Source: Mustelus asterias (lineage: Eukaryota). Taken from it: a stretch of 64,000 bases of DNA. The notes under the pieces were generated by a model. The model did not search any database and was not told the DNA's origin. It was given only the letters and a program-made list of their open reading frames with translations. Made by a program: the position numbers and the translations under genes. The stretch covers positions 310,001 through 374,000 of the forward strand of contig NW_027590388.1 in NCBI RefSeq assembly GCF_964213995.1, given 5' to 3'. Of this stretch, positions 13,500 through 25,871 are shown piece by piece (positions within the stretch are counted from its first letter, which is position 1; every line of letters starts with the position of its first letter).

Positions 13500-14508
13500 A
13501 TGGAGAAACCATGGAAATGTGGGGACTGTGGGAAGAGATACAGATCCCCATCAGAGCTGGAAGTTCATCGGCGCAGTCACACTGGAGCGAGGCCATTCGC
13601 CTGTTCTCAGTGTGGGAAGGGATTCAGTGAAATATCCCACCTGCGGACACACCAGCGAGTTCACACTGGGGAGAGGCCGTTCACCTGCTCTCTGTGGGAA
13701 GGGATTCAGTCAGTTATCCAGCCTGCAGACACACCAGCGAGTTCACACTGGGGAGAGGCCGTTCACTTGCTCTCAGTGTGGGAAAGGATTCAGTCAATTA
13801 TCCAACTTGCAGACACACCAACGAGTTCACACTGGGGAGAGACCGTTCACTTGCTCTCAGTGTGGGAAGGGATTCAGTCAGTTATCCAACCTGCGCAAAC
13901 ACCAGCGAGTTTGCACTGGGGAAAGGCCATTCACCTGCTCTCAGTGTGAGAAGGAATTCACTCATTTATCCAGCCTGCAGACACACCAGCGAGTTCACAC
14001 TGGGGAGAGGCCATTCACCTGCCCTCAGTATGGGGAGGGATTCACTCAATCATCCAACCTGCAGACACACCAGCGAGTTCACACTGGGGAGAAACCATTC
14101 ACTTGCTCTCAGTGTGGGAAGGGAGTCACTCAGTTATCGAGTCTGCGGACACACCTGCGAGTTCACACTGGGGAGAGACCATTCACCTGCTCTCAGTGTG
14201 GGAAGGGATTCAGTGATTCATCCAGCCTGCGGAGACATGAGCGAGTTCACACTGGGGAGAGGCCGTTCACCTGCTCTCAGTGTGGGAAGGAATTCACTCA
14301 GTTATCCAATCTGCGGACACACGAGCGTATTCACACTGGGGAGAAACCGTTCACCTGCTCTCAGTGTGGGAAGGGATTCACTGACTTATCCAACCTGTGC
14401 ACACACCAGCGAGTTCACACTGGGGAGAGGCCGTTCACCTGCTCTCAGTGTGGAAAGGGTTTCAGAGTTTCAGCCCAGCTGCTGAGACACCAACAAGTTC
14501 ACGAGTGA
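13500..14508 (+). pseudogene. C2H2 ZNF with 12 fingers and a 2-nt frameshift in finger 3
   Basis: MEKPWKC plus 2 fingers in one frame; TGCTCTC-TGTGGG at ~13692 lacks the AG of consensus TGCTCTCAGTGTGGG; 10 more fingers in another frame. Could be a sequencing error. Confidence 0.75.
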
Positions 14509-15323
14509 TTCCAGGGGTTGGATTCTGCTGTTATTGTTTCTGCTCTCAATTACATCCAGGACTGCATTTTATTCATTCTCACAGTTAGTCAATGGGGAGG
14601 GTCGGAGGGTTTCTTTCTGCTGGACTGGCCGGTCTCACGACATTGCCTCCAGTGGGCTGATGCTCTTTGAGTCTTGTTGCAAATACCTGGTTTCAAATTT
14701 CACAAGGATCACAGAGTGACCGGGTGTGAGGAAGTTCAGAGATATTTAGTCAGCATTTCTGTTTGAAACCTCCCCAAATGACCATCCAATTTCCTTTGTA
14801 ATTGTTTATTGTCTCCATTTCCTCCACCCTCGTAGGCAGCGAGTTCCAGGTCATCACCATTCACTGCATCAAAATATTCTTCCTCACATCCCCCCCTACA
14901 TCTCTGACCCAAAACCATAAATCTGTGACCTCCTCGTCCTTGTCCCATCAGCCAATGGGAACGGATTTTCTTTGTCCACTTTATCTAAACCTGTCAGAAT
15001 CTTGTCAGGAATGTGTAGCTGGAAATCCCTCCCTAACAGCACTGTGGGTGTACCTACACCTCAGGCATTGTAGCAGTTCAGGAAGGCAGTGTTGGGGTTG
15101 ACCATGGCCGAGGCAGCTACATACAGCCACATATTCTGTTATAATTGAAGGACAGCAGATTGAATGTGAGGCATTATGGGACTGGACTATCTTGACCACA
15201 TTCCTGTGACTGCTCAGTTTCTGCAATCACGAACCATTAAAGCTGCTTAGCAGGGCCCCGACAGAGGACCTTGTGAGAATATTTACACAGAACGAGTTAG
15301 AATGAAACTTATTCCATAGGTTT

Positions 15324-15620
15324 GGGCGGCATGGTGGCACAGTGGTTAGCACTGCTGCCTCACAGCGCCAGGGACCCGGGTTCGATTCCTGGCTCGGGTC
15401 ACTGTCTGTGTGGAGTCTGCACATTCTCCCCGTGTCCCTGTTTCCTCCCAAAGTCCAAAGATGTGTGGGTTAGGTGGATTGGCCATGCTAAATTGCCCCT
15501 TAGTGTCAGGGGGACTAGCTAGGGTAAATGCATGGAGGATAGGGCCTGGGTGTGATTGTGATCGGTGCAGACTCGATGGGCCAAATGGCCTCCTCTGCAC
15601 TGTAGGATTCTATGAATCTA
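15324..15620 (+). mobile_element. HE1-type SINE, near full length
   Basis: GGGCGGCATGGTGGCACAGTGGTTAGC head to ...TTCTATGAATCTATGA tail. Confidence 0.9.
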
Positions 15621-17879
15621 TGAATAACCAGCTGATATTCAGTGGCTGAGATATCCAAATCTGTAAAAAGGGGGTCTGACCAATCAACAAACGGTGGTAG
15701 GTAGTAGATTAAGAAGCGTTCTCAGGCATTAAATTATTTTATCATAAATTTGTGATAAGAACTGTGAAGGTCTTGTGACCCGGTAGTCGGTGAGGTGACG
15801 GTACACTCCAAGTAGCACTGGACTGAAAAGTGGATCTCTAAGAGTGGATTCTAATGGTTATAATCTTACCCAAGCATGGCCAGTGAAAAATTCAGAGCTC
15901 GAGTGGGCACCAGACAGATTTCTTACCTGTCTTTTGGAAACTAAGAACAAGAAACTTATCGATAAAATGATTTGAGAATAGAGCCAACATTTTGAGTCGA
16001 GATGACACTTCATAGGAGCTCTGATAAAGGGTCATCCAGACTTGAAACTTGGCTCTATTCTCTCCCTACAGATGCTGTCAGATCTGCTGGGATTTTCCAG
16101 CATTTTCTGTTTTTGTTTTACTTTTATAATAAATGATTCGGTCTGATTGGAATCCCCACGATCCTCCTGCAAATCAGAGAGAAAGTGGTGACAAAAGGAG
16201 AAAAAGGATATGGATGATAAAGTCTGGGTTCTGATTCTCCGAGCCCGTGTAGAATTAACAAAATGAGTGAACCAGTTTATAAAGAATAGAAATTACCCAT
16301 CCCTAACAAAAACTGATCAAATTAAAATAGGTTGAGGAATATAACAAAAAAATTAATAGATGAAGTTTAAAATCAAGTTTCTTTTGTTGTTAGAGAGGGG
16401 ATTTTTTACAGTAACTTCATTGCAGTGTTAATGTAAGCTTACTTGAGATTAATTATAAACTTTAAGTTTTTTAAAGTTATTTTGTCAGAGGGGTTCAGAA
16501 TACCTTGAGATTAAAAACTAATAAAAGCTATTGAAACAGGGTGGACTGACTTAGACTAACATAGAATAAGGACGACAACGTGCCTTATTTATATTATACA
16601 AAGGTACTGTCTGCATAGAGATACATATAACCACTGGTAGAGAATTTAAATATGTACTTTTTGGACTAAAATGTACACCTTGGCCAAACTGCAGACTGCC
16701 CGAAAGCATAATGGGATAAAAGCTGAGTGAGACAGGCCACATTCTGTCAGAACAGTGAAGCCACAGAGCACAGTTTTTATCAGCATGAGTTATAAAAGTA
16801 AACGCTTCCCAGACACTAGAATGAATAGAATTATTCATTTTTTACTGATAAGGGATGGCTCAGCAGACAGTGGAAAGGAACTTTTGAACCCTCTAAGCTA
16901 TGTAATAGAAGTTGCTGAGAGTCAGTTAGAAAGCAACCTTTGAACCCTATGGACCTACGTAAGTGAAAGTTTGCTAGTAACAGTGGGCAGGAACTTTCAG
17001 ATTCTACAGACCAATGAATTCCCATTCTTCCAGAAGATAGGATGTTATTGGCCAAGGTAAATATTGTGCACGAACATGATTGGAGCATCCAGTTAGGATG
17101 ACAGAGTGGGCGGGTGAAACGAACTTTCAAAATAGTATAACTACGCGGCCAATGTATTGTAACTTTAGAAAGGAGTTGGACTGCCCAGCTGCCTTTCTCC
17201 CAGCGTGTGTTGGTCAATAAATAATGTCTTTAACCCGTATACTGTCTTTTGCAAATCATTGTATTAGCCGAGTTCAGCTCAATACTTCGCCTCTGAGAAA
17301 AACCCTCATCATATGTAAAGTGAAGTAATTGTGGGCCAAGTCAGAGGGTAAAATGCAATTGGCTGAAGTATATGACGTGTTGAAAATGATTGGTTTACAC
17401 CTGATGAAAGGCAGGAGAATTGATATGAAGAATGTATTATTGAGCCATCCTAAGCATTGTATGTCTGTTATTGGAGAGATCAGGATGCTTCTCTTCTCGA
17501 GAGGGATTAACACCGTCCAATAATTTCTCCCTTCAATCAAATAAAAGATAAGTCTTTAAACTGGGACACTGGCTTTCATGAGTCTTTGTATTGTCTGAAG
17601 ATTTTGGCAATACCTGGTCTCCAGCGGTAATGTACCCAGTGTGTTGGGGGAAATGAACTCAGAAGAATCATTCAATACTCAAGCCTGATTCAATCAACAA
17701 ACAGTTTATTGAGTTACGCCAGGGGGAAGAAGCCACAGGGGCTGACCATGTGTAACTCCACCCAACACAGAATATCATCAATTCTTATCCAGCTGGACAC
17801 AATCCAATCAGAATGGTTATAGATTACATATATTATGTATGTGTCCAATGAAATTAGTATCTGGGCATTCGGGGCTTTG

Positions 17880-19937
17880 TGATCATGCAAAACAGATTAT
17901 GGCTAGGTGCGGAGGTCACAGGGTAGTTGTCATGGGTGACTTTAACTTTCCAAATACTGATTGGAACTTTTTAGGTTGAATAGTTCAGATGGGGCAGTTT
18001 TTGTACAGTGTGTGCAAGAGAGTTTCCTGACACAATATGTGGATAGGCCGACAAGACGTGGGGCCACATTGGATTTGGGTCTGGGAAATGAACCGGGCCA
18101 AGTGTTTAGCTTTGGTTGTGGGAGAGCACTTTGGAGATAGCGACCACAATTCGGTGTCTTTCGTTATTGCAATGGAGAGGGATAGGGCCATACGGCAGGG
18201 CAAGGTTTACAATTGGGGGAGGGGTAATTATGATGCGATTAGGGAGCATGAGATGGGAACAGAAACTGTCAGGGAAAGGCTCAAATGAAAAGTGGAGCTT
18301 GTTCAAGGAACAAATTCTGCGTGTCCTTGATAGGTATGTCCCTGCCAGGCAGAGAGGAAATGGCCGAGTGAGGGAACCATGGTTCACAAAAGAGGTTGAA
18401 TGCCTTGTCAAGAGGAAGAAGGAAGTGTATGTTAGGATGAGAAAACAAGGTTCAGTTGGGTCCATTGAGGGTTACAAGTTAGCAAGGAATGAGCTGAAAA
18501 AAGGGCTTAGGAGAGTTGGAGGGTGCATGAGAAGTCCTTGGCGGGTCGGATCAAGGAAAACCCCAAGGCTTTTTACTCTTATGTGAGGAATAAAAGGGTG
18601 AGGTTAGGGCCGGTCAAGGACAGTAGTAGGAACTTGTGCATGGAGTCAGAACAGATAGGAGAGGCGATGAATGAATACTTTTCTTCAGTGTTCATCAAGG
18701 AGAGGGGCCTTTTTGAGGATGAGAGTGTGATACAGGCTGATAGGCTGGAGGAGGCAGATGTTCTGAGGGAATATGTATTAGCAATTTTGAAAAAACCTGA
18801 AGGTTGATAAGTCCCCTGGGCTAGATGAGATATATCCTAGGATTCTTTGGGAGGCAAGGGATGAGATTGCAGAGCCTTTGGCTTTGATCTTTGGGTCCTC
18901 GCTGTCCACAGGGATAGTGCCAGAGGACTAGAGAGTGGCGAATGTTGTTCCTCTGTTCAAGAAAGGAAATAGGAATGATCTTGGTAATTATAGGCCAGTT
19001 AGTCTTACTTCGGTGGTTGGTAAGTTAATGGAAAAGGTCCTGAGGGATAGGATTTACGGCCATTTAGAAAGATGCAGCTCAATCCGGGATAGTCAACACG
19101 GGAAGGGTAAGTCTTGCCTCACAAATTTGATTGAATTTTTTGAGGAGGTAACTAAGTGTGTAGATGAAGGTAGAGCAGTTGATGTCATATACATGGATTT
19201 TAGTAAGGCGTTTGATAAGGTCCCCCATGGTCGGCTCATGAAGAAAGTAAGGAGATGTGGGATAGAGGGAAATTTTGCCGATTGGATAAGTAACTGGCTA
19301 TCTCATAGAAGACAGAGGGTGGTGGTGGATGGAAAATTTTCAGACTGGAGACCAGTTACCAGCAGTGTACCAGAAGGATCAGTGCTGGGTCTTCTACTAT
19401 TTGTGATTTTTATAAATGACTTGGAGGAGGGGGCTGAAGGGTGGATCAGTAAATTTGCGGATGACACCAAGATTGGTGGAGTAGTGGATGAGTAGGAGGG
19501 CTGTTGTGGGCTGCAAAGAGACATTGATAGGATGCAGAGGTGGGCCGAAAAATGGCAGATGGAGTTTAACCCTGATAAGTGCGAGGTGATTCATTTGGTA
19601 GGACAAATTTGAATGCGGATTACAGGGTCAAAGGTAGGGTTCTGAGGAATGTCGAGGAACAGAGAGATCTTGGGGTTCATATCCACAGATCTCTAAAGGT
19701 TGCCACTCAAGTGGATAGAGCCGTGAAGAAGGCCTATAGTGTGTTAGCGTTTATTAACAGGGGGTTTGAGTTTAAGAGCCGTGAGGTTATGCTGCAACTG
19801 TACAGGACCTTGGTGAGACCACATTTGGAATATTGTGTGCCGTTCTGGTCACCTCACTATAAGAAGGATGTGGAAGCACTGGAAAGAGTGCAAAGGAGAT
19901 TTACCAGGATGCTGCCTGGTTTGGAGGGTAGGTCTTT
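17880..19937 (+). mobile_element. CR1/HER1 LINE ORF2 (APE C-terminus plus RT), disrupted and 3'-truncated
   Basis: [41 protein letters not shown] motifs. Confidence 0.92.
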
Positions 19938-20495
19938 AGGTTGATCTTTCCCCGAATTAAGCTGAAAAATGATGCAGATAGTTTGACGTCTGTCTAATGC
20001 ACAAGTACTGAGTGCCCAGTGCAAGAGGATAATTGATAGATACCGTTTTAAATACACAGGGAAAAAGTAATCACCCAACTCAGAATTGAGATGCGGTTCG
20101 ACTGGGAAAACAGAGATTTCAGTCAGTCAATATTATTAACCCAGCAACTTCAACATGTGACATCTCTGAGTCTGCCTTTGATATTTAATCACTTTTGAAA
20201 GATGTGGTCTGTCACACAGTTAACTGATCTGGAGCATTTAAAATACAGATTGATGACCTTGTTCTCCTGAAAGACCTGCGGGTTTGTGTGAATGGGATCG
20301 GGGAATGATTGGACTTGATCTGATAGTAATATGAGTAAAAATATCTCAAATTTACCAACAGTGACAATTATTGACCTCAATGAGGGAAAACACTCAGATG
20401 GGGCTATATTGTCACGTTCACTATGGGTAAAATTTCTCTGATGTTTAACCCCATGTGTTGTCCTGACAATGAACCATTGATTATCGACCTGTGCC

Positions 20496-20534
20496 AGTTT
20501 TTGTATGAGGCCCGCGGGAGCCTCATTCACTGTG
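20496..20534 (-). promoter_or_regulatory. 23-bp-spacer recombination signal sequence of V segment A
   Basis: CACAGTG-AATGAGGCTCCCGCGGGCCTCAT (23 nt)-ACAAAAACT. Confidence 0.95.
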
Positions 20535-20844
20535 GGTCTCGGTGCACAGTAATACACGGCGCTGTCTGTCATCTTCAAATCTTTCATGGACAAGTGAAAA
20601 GTGGTTTGTTTCAGGTTGAGATTCCCACTGAAGTGTTCAAAGCCGGGAGCCGTATCGGTAAACCCACAACTAGCGGCTCTGAGCAGATACTGAGGAGCTC
20701 GGTGTGGATACTGGCGATACCAGAACAGGTCATGCTGTGTAGCTGAACTCGATGCAGAGTAACTGCATCATATTGCTGAATCTTCACCCTCTGCTGCTTC
20801 AACAACTGGTTCTAACTGGGGCACTGAGTCTCTGTTACTCATGT
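20535..20844 (-). pseudogene. TCR alpha/delta-type V segment A (V exon), pseudogene
   Basis: DSVPQLEPVVEAAEGEDSAI*CSYS...LFWYRQYPHRAPQYLL...LKMTDSAVYYCAPR: one in-frame TGA, and a CR1 inserted at the splice acceptor. Confidence 0.9.
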
Positions 20845-23046
20845 CATGGCCCAAAAGTTAAAATTCTAAATTGGGGCAAGGCGAATTTTGATGGTATCAG
20901 GCAGGAACTTTCAAAAGTTAATTGGAGGAGTCTGTGGGAAGGCAAAGGGACGTCTGGTAAGTGGCAAGCTTTCAAAAGTGTGTTAATCAGGGTTCAGGGT
21001 AAGCACAGTCCTCTTAGAGTGAAGAGCAAGGCTGGTAGACGGAGGGAACCCTGGATGACTCGGGATATTGAGGCCCTGGTCAAGAAGAAGAAAGGGGCAC
21101 ATGACATGCATAGGCACTGGGATCAAGTGAATCCCTTGAAGAGTATAGGGGGTGTAGGAGTAGAGTTAAGAGAGAAATCAGGAGGGCAAAAAGGGGACAC
21201 GAGATTGTTTTGGTAGATAAGGCAAAGGAGAATCCAAAGAGCTTCTACAAATACATAAAAGGCAATGGAGAGAGTAGGGCTTCTTAATGATCAGCATGGT
21301 CATCTACGTGCCGATCCACAGGGATGGGTGAGATCCTAAATGAATATTTCTCATCAGTATTTAGTGTTGAGAAAAGCATGGATGTTAGTGAACTTGGGGA
21401 GATAAATAGTGATGTCTTGAGGAGTGTACATATTACAGAGAAAGAGATGCTGGAAGTCTTAAAGGGCATCAAGATAGATAAATCCCCGGGACTTGATGAA
21501 GTGTGTCCCAGGACATTGTGGGAGGCTCGGGAGGAAATTGTGGGTCCCCTAGCCGAGATATTTGAATCATCGATAGTCACGGGTGAGGTGCCTGAAGATT
21601 GGAGAGTGGCAAATGTTGTGCCTTTGTTTAAAAAGGGCTTCAGGGAAAAGCCTGGTGAGCCTCACATCTGTGGTGGGTAAGTTGTTGGAAAGTATTTTGA
21701 GAGACAGGACCTACAGGCATTAAGAGATGCAAGGACTGATTAGGGACAGTCAGCATGGCTTTGTGAGTGGAAAATCATGTCTCACAAATTTGATTGAGTT
21801 TTTTGAAGGGGTAACCAAGATGGTGGATGAGGGCAGTGCAGTTGGTGTTGTCTTCATGGACTTTAGCAAGGCCTTTGACAAGGTACCGCATGGTTGGTTG
21901 TTGCATAGGGTTAAATCTCATGGGATCCAGGGTGAGATATTTAAATTGATACAAAAGTGGCTTCTGGACAGAAGCCAGAGTGTGGTTGTAGAGGGTTGTC
22001 TTTAAAACTGGAGGCCTGTGACCAGCGGTATGCCTCAGGGATCAGTGCTGGGTCCACTGTTATTTGTCATGTATATTAATGATTTGGATGATAATATAGG
22101 TAGCATGGTTTGCAGATTACACCAAGATTGGTGGCATAGTGCACAGCGAAGAAAGTTATCTCCGATTGCAACGGGATCTTGATCAATTGGGCCAGTGAGC
22201 TGACGAATGGCAGATGGAGTTTAAGTTAGACAAATGCGAGGTGATGCATTTTGGTGGATTGAACCAGGGCAGGACTTACACAGTTAATGGGAGGACGTTG
22301 GGGAGAGTTACAGAACAAAGAGATCTAAGGGTACATGTTCAGAGCTCCTTGAAAGTGGAGTCACAGGTGGACAGAGTGGTGAAAAAGGCATCGGCATGCT
22401 TGGTTTCATTGGTCAGAACATTGAATACAGGAGTTGGGATGTCTTGTTGAAGTTGGACAAGACATTGGTGAGGCCACACTTGGAATACTGTGTACAGTTC
22501 TGGTCACCCCATTGTAGAAAGGATATTATTAAACTGGAAAGAGTGCAGAAAAGATTTACTAGGATGCTACCGGGATTTGATGGACTGAGTTATAAGGAGA
22601 GGCTGGATAGACTGGGACTTTTTTCTCTGGAGCGTAGGAGGCTGAGGGGCGATCTTATAGAGGTCTATAAAATAATGAGGGGCACAGATCAGCTGGATAG
22701 TCAATATATTTTCCCAAAGATAGGGAAGTCTAAAACCAGAGGGCATATGTTCAATGAGAGGGGAGAGATACAAAAGTTCCAGAGGGGCATTTTCTTCGCA
22801 CAGCAGGTGGTGAGCATCTGGAACAAGCTGCCAGAGGCAGTAGCAGTGGTGGGTACAATGTTGTTTTTTAAAAAGCATTTTGACAGTTATATGGGTAAGA
22901 TGGGTATAGAGGGATATGGGCCAAATGCGGGCAATTGGGATTAGTTTAGTGGTTTAAACAAAAAGGGCGTCATGAACAAGTTGGGCCGAAGGGCCTGTTT
23001 CTATGCTGTAAACCTCTGTTACTCTGTGACTCTATGACTCTATCTC
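20845..23046 (+). mobile_element. CR1/HER1 LINE, 5'-truncated, inserted at the V-exon acceptor
   Basis: RT motifs and a (CTATGACT)-like tail; the empty site CTCATGTCTGAAAATA is seen in the paralogue at 36411-36426. Confidence 0.92.
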
Positions 23047-23170
23047 TGAAAATAAACAGCGGACACAAAGCGGATTAGGAGGAACAACAACGGAATAATT
23101 GCCTCGAGATGGAAATGGGGAACTAATCTGGTGATTGCCGGATTTCACCCAAAGGTTCAAAATGACCGAG

Positions 23171-23216
23171 CTGTGATCAGGACAATAACCAGAGTCAGAC
23201 AGAATTTCACCCCCAT
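23171..23216 (-). pseudogene. Leader exon of V segment A
   Basis: 46-nt phase-1 exon MGVKFCLTLVIVLIT+G; donor reads CT where the paralogue has GT. Confidence 0.8.
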
Positions 23217-23403
23217 GATTCCAGTTAGAGCTTCAGAAACAGAGACAGTGATCACTGACTGTACCAGAACTGCAATTGGAGAAGTTGAAACAGTCAGTGG
23301 AATGGTATGAGGTCGAACGTGACTCCCTGTCTCCGCCCATTTTTACATCTTCAAACAGGCGCTTCCTCTCGAAGGAATGGTGACCTTGCATAAGTGATCA
23401 GAG

Positions 23404-23418
23404 AGCGCCCTCCCGTGG
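23404..23418 (-). promoter_or_regulatory. CTCF-like site upstream of the V-A leader
   Basis: CCACGGGAGGGCGCT, 2 mismatches to CCACCAGAGGGCGCT; identical in the paralogue. Confidence 0.45.
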
Positions 23419-25357
23419 ACAGCACTGCCGCATATTGGAAACAGACACACACACGGCCACCTGCAAAGACTGACACATTTCGAGATATTAAAATCATAGA
23501 ATCCGTACAGTACAGAAGAATGCCATTCGGCCCAGCGAGTATGTACTGGCCACAACGCCACCCAGGCCCTATTCCCGTAACCCCATATATTTACCCCGCT
23601 AATCCCCCTGACACTTGGGTCAATTTAGCATGGCTAATCAACCGAACCTGCACATCTTTGGATTGTGGGAGGAAACCGGAGCACCTGAGGAAACCCAGCA
23701 GACACGGGGAGAGCAGATACATACACGGCCACGTGCAAAGGCTAACACATGTAAGGATATATAACCATATAGATATATGCCCAGGCACTGACATCAACGT
23801 CCCTCGCTATAAATACAGAATTATTCTGTAGATTTGTGATATATATTAGTCTCAGCTGTTAACCATGATAATACATGAAATCATAGAAATCATAGAAACC
23901 CTACAGTGCAGAAGGAGGCCATTCGGCCCATCGAGTCTGCACCGACCACAATCCCACCTCCGTGTTCACTGGAAGCGTCGTATACCGCACAGAATCAACA
24001 AAGTATAGACACAGGGACAAGTAAACACAGTGATCGATTCTCAAACCGATCGACTCAAACATAGACACACAGTCACTGAGGAAGATAAACAATCAGATTA
24101 ACACAGCCATAGACACACTAAAGAGAAGTGCGCCCATTGACAATGCCAAAAACGTACTAGTTCCAGAGTAAACTTCCTGAACTCGAATTCCCTGGGGTCG
24201 TGTCAGTGCGGCAATATCCCGTTAGATATTCATCGCGATGGAACTGTCCATTTTAACAACAGGAACAGCCAGAAATCTATTTCTTACCAACGGTGATCAC
24301 TAATTGATGACTATAAGCAATTGACGACTATTGGAGAATAAGCAACAATGCTTATTTATTTTTATTTTTTTACAGTCAACCATATTCTGGATGTGTCCGT
24401 GTCATGTTTAAAGTTTGTTTATTAGTGTCACAAGTGGGATTACATTCATACTGCAATTAAGTTACTGTAAAAATCCACTGGTCGCCACACTCCGGGAGAA
24501 CTTTAGCATGGTAATGCACCGAACCAGTGCATCTTTTGGACTGTGGGAGAAAACCAGAGCACACAGAGGAAACCCACGCAGACACAGGAAGAACATACAA
24601 ACTGCACACAGACCCAAGCCAGGCATCGAACCCGGGTCCCTGGCGTGGTGAGGCAGCTATGTGCCACTGTGCCACCCCGTGTGAGATCAGTGCATGCAAG
24701 ACAGATTTCCCACCCATTCTCAATGTTATCGGATTAAATGTTCGGGACACAGGAGGACAACACAAGGAGACTGCTTTGGGTGCAGGTGATTCATTCTCTT
24801 CTGTTATATTCCACATTCTGTGGAAAGTTGTGGAGTTACTTAGTTATATTATATATAATTCAGAAATAATGAGGAGATGCTTCATCCGATTAAACTCGTT
24901 TTGTAAATTCAATATGAAATCAATTGCATAAATAAATATATGTCTACATTGAAAGCTAAATTGGGAAGCTATATCCAATACTTCATGCCATTGGATCAAG
25001 GAAACGTTGTTACTTAAAGCAAACTGTATGGACACGGATTCCACAGAAACTCCTTCTTCAAATGGGGATTGAACAATGACTTGAAAGGGAGAAAAATCAG
25101 CTTCATGGAATGAGAGGAGGAAACTGAAATGAGAACAAAGAACAGTGCAGCACAGGAACAGGCCCTTCGGCCCACCAAGCCCACACCGATACATCAGTTG
25201 GGTAGCTCGTAATCAAATAATTGGCATAGGCATTGTGGGTCAAAGGGCCTCTTATTGTTGCCTGCCATTGTCAACCATTTTCAATCATTCTTGGATCAAT
25301 ATGTCTACAGCATTCACAATGAGTGTTGCAACATTTCAAGAGACTCCCATTGGGTGC

Positions 25358-25421
25358 TTGCAAGTGGTGATTGCATTCACCTCACACACGAAAGCTCCCC
25401 AGTTCAAAGCCATGCCGGAAT
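25358..25421 (+). pseudogene. tRNA-Val(CAC) pseudogene, 5'-deleted
   Basis: GTGGTGATTGCATTCACCTCACACACGAAAGCTCCCCAGTTCAAAGCCATGCCGGAAT aligns to tRNA-Val; same flanks as 44989. Confidence 0.65.
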
Positions 25422-25716
25422 GTTATTAGTATTTGTTCTTTAAGGATGAGGGAAGTTTACATGATTTAAATTTGTTACTGAACATTATCCGCAACTCAAT
25501 ATTAACGCCATATTATCTTTGCTCTGACCTCGGCCTCAAAATCTTACAACAAAATCTGAAATCTTGTATTTTTATGACGCAATGAAAGGAAATAGAGGTC
25601 CCTTTTTGACACCGTGTTCATATCAGCAACTCGTTCAGTCCACAACAGAATTTAATGGCTTTATTGATGCAGACGAACAAAGTTAATCACCATCTGAAAC
25701 ATATCTAAAAGTATAA

Positions 25717-25871
25717 ATGATGTGGAGATGCCGGCGTTGGGCTGGGGTAAACACAGTAAGGAATTTAACAACACCAGGTTAAAGTCCAACAGGTTTATTT
25801 GGTAGCTAGTGGCGTTTGCTACCAAATAAACCTGTTGGACTTTAACCTGATGTTGTTAGACTCCTAACAGT
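25717..25871. mobile_element. Miniature foldback Penelope insertion (pLTR end plus its inverted copy)
   Basis: ...GGTTAAAGTCCAACAGGTTTATTTGGTAGC / GCTACCAAATAAACCTGTTGGACTTTAACC... hairpin; same sequence as the Penelope termini at 37.6 and 40.3 kb. Confidence 0.8.

Noticed and set aside
15324-15400. tRNA-like heads and CACAGTG in SINE copies
   Set aside because: Part of HE1 SINE bodies; no cloverleaf and no nonamer.
24146-24260. Conserved GC-richer block (also 37450-37570) as a possible ncRNA
   Set aside because: No recognisable RNA family; similarity is explained by the segmental duplication.
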